A stretch of DNA of 63,539 nt, filler included, from Nemertoderma westbladi (lineage: Eukaryota; Animalia; Xenacoelomorpha), in assembly GCA_032718475.1 (NCBI GenBank). It is 3 parts of 3 records of this genome, joined end to end, with 100 filler letters (N's around TTAATTAATTAA, not from the genome) between each part and the next. Parts side by side here need not be neighbours in the genome. Positions count along the whole stretch, not along the records: positions 58,641 to 63,539 come from JAUCBJ010004218.1; 2 more parts are not named here. One strand, given 5' to 3'. The notes beneath the pieces were generated by a model. That model saw only the letters and a program-made list of their open reading frames with translations, did no database searches and was not told where the DNA came from. The translations under genes and the position numbers were made by a program. Below, piece by piece: positions 61,601-63,539 of the stretch (position 1 is its first letter; every line of letters starts with the position of its first letter).

Positions 61601-63539
61601 GATTAAGAAGTATGTGGACAGAGGGTGGGCCGTGGAATTGCCGTTCGATGAACCAAACACGGACAAGACCTACTATTTGCCACTGCATGTGGCTCTGGAC
61701 CCTAAGAAGGGCAATGTGAGAGACATGGTTGAGGGTAAAGAAGGAGAATACAGTGGGAAGGCGATCGACATGATTCAACGCAGATTCTATGTGGACGATG
61801 GGATAGGATCTGGAAACATGGTTGAAGAAATACTCGAGGTAGGACGCGAAGTTCGCGACATCCTAAAAAAATCCTCACAACATCGACATCCTCACAAAAT
61901 TCCAGTCCAACTCCAAGGAATTTATGGTGGCCATAGAAGATAAACAACCAGAGACGACGATGGACAGACCCACAATGGTAAAGGGGCAGATTATGGCAGA
62001 TAAGAGGATGGAGTCGCAGCAAAAGGAGCTAGGGATCGTATGGAACCGGGAGACAGATGAGTTGGAGTATCAACTAAGTCAGGAGGGCGCTGAAATCCAT
62101 ACCAAACGAGACTATGTGTCATACATAGCGAGGATTTATGATCCCCTAGGCCTGGCATCCCCGTTGTTAGTCACGGGGAAACAGATATTAAAGAGAGTGT
62201 ATAAGTTGAAAGATGATTGGGATGCGGAGGTCCTGGAGGAGATAAGTAGACAGTGGAGCAAATGGACGGGGAGCCTTGAGGCGATGGGGACGTACAGTAT
62301 GCCACGTGTATCCCGGACAGAGACATGACTGATCTGGACCTACATATGTTTTCCGACGCATCCTTGGAAGCATATGGAGCGGCACTCTATTTGGTACAGC
62401 GGAAGGGGGCTCATGAACCCACGCTTGCATTTAGTAAAGCAAGGTCAACGCCACCAGATTCAACATCAGTGCCAAAATTCGAGCTAACGGCTGCGAGATT
62501 AGGAGTAAGGGCGACAGCATACTTGATGGACACTATACTGTGTATAGTAGAGACGCACTACTGGACTGATTCTATGGTAGTGTTAGGGTGGCCACATAAC
62601 GAGAAGACACGTTACCCTATATTTGTGGCGAACAGGGTGGACGAGATAAGGGCAACAACCGATCTGGAAAAGTGGCACTACTGCCCAACCAACGACAATC
62701 CAGCAGATCTGCTATCGAGGGGCGTTGTACGCCACGCTTTCTCGAGAAAGCAGGAGTTGTGGCAGCATGGGCCACACTTCCTTAACGATAGGTCGAGTTG
62801 GCCACCAATGAGGAAGGTAGACCCAGGTGCGGAGGAAGTAGCAGTAGAGGAGGAGGGAGAGGAATCGGAGGGGGAGGAAATATACTGCCAATTGGCGAGG
62901 GAGATTAAGGAGGTGCCGCCGCAACTGAAACCGAGAAAATCATGTGGCAACCCAACAGATAGGTTGCTCAGTTACAGCTCCATCTGCTACAAGACTAAGA
63001 AGCTGGTAGCATATCTGAGGGCCTATGGAGATTTCCTCAGGGGAGTTGGTAAGGATACCAAAACGAGACCCACTATCGATCTGGAAGGGGTGGCCAAAGC
63101 CGTGATACGATACGAGCAAAGGAAGGGGTACGAGGACGAAGTGAGCAAGTCAGCAAGCCAGCAAGCAACAACGCCTTTGTCAAGACAGCGAACTCAACAC
63201 GCCGTCGCCACAATCGGACGATGACGGGATCCTGGTGATGAATTCCAGGGTGGTAAACAACAACAGCCCAGTCATTCCACCAAAACCGATAATAATCCCC
63301 AACAAGTCACCAATAGTCCACCAGATCATATGGGATTCCCATAAATCTATACTACATGGGGGACTAACCAGACCCTGACGGAGATCCGGAAGATAATTGT
63401 CACAGGTGACACAATTATCAATAATTCTGGGTTATCCAGCTCAGAAAGCAACCACAACCACAACCACATGGTCACGGAGGACGTATTGAGGACGGTGTTA
63501 GCGAAATGTGAGGGGATTATTAATAGCCGACGCTATACC
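58641..63539 (+). mobile_element. Decayed BEL/Pao LTR retrotransposon (gag, protease, RT, RNase H, integrase remnant), running off the window
   Basis: KFDGSKPEEYLQF (gag), LVDSGA (protease), YYLPLH and FYVDD (RT), IYDPLGL, LHMFSDASLEAYGA, WTDSMVVLGW, FVANRV and NPADLLSRG (Pao RNase H region), H..LHGG and E..INSR integrase remnants; frameshifts and internal deletions. Confidence 0.94.

Overview
Repeat-rich, AT-rich scaffold from an invertebrate animal genome (not prokaryotic), with two artificial 100-bp gap linkers. Three host genes are visible. (1) An intronless EMG1/NEP1 rRNA methyltransferase (20665-21384, -). (2) A two-exon secreted fibrinogen-domain (FReD) gene that the ORF track splits: a signal-peptide exon at 19456-19560 joins in phase 0, across a 7.8-kb intron, to 11008-11658; the fibrinogen domain has no cysteines and follows an acidic propeptide ending in KR. 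(3) One exon of a Na+/K+-ATPase beta subunit (57146-57314, +). The rest is nested mobile DNA: a complete pogo/Fot1-like DD35D transposon with an intact transposase carrying a C-terminal PHD-like finger, decayed CR1/L2 and RTE LINEs, Gypsy and BEL/Pao remnants, many MITE/foldback elements with readable target-site duplications (piggyBac, hAT, Mutator-like, Tc1-like), and 22-, 33-, 52- and 66-bp minisatellites. The most unusual observations are: related minisatellites at both ends of the FReD intron that contain splice-site-like motifs; two strongly diverged ~845-bp solo-LTR-like elements with conserved islands and apparent base-pairing; and a fixed-spacer bipartite motif shared by otherwise dissimilar foldback elements. 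All calls were made by eye, without database searches.
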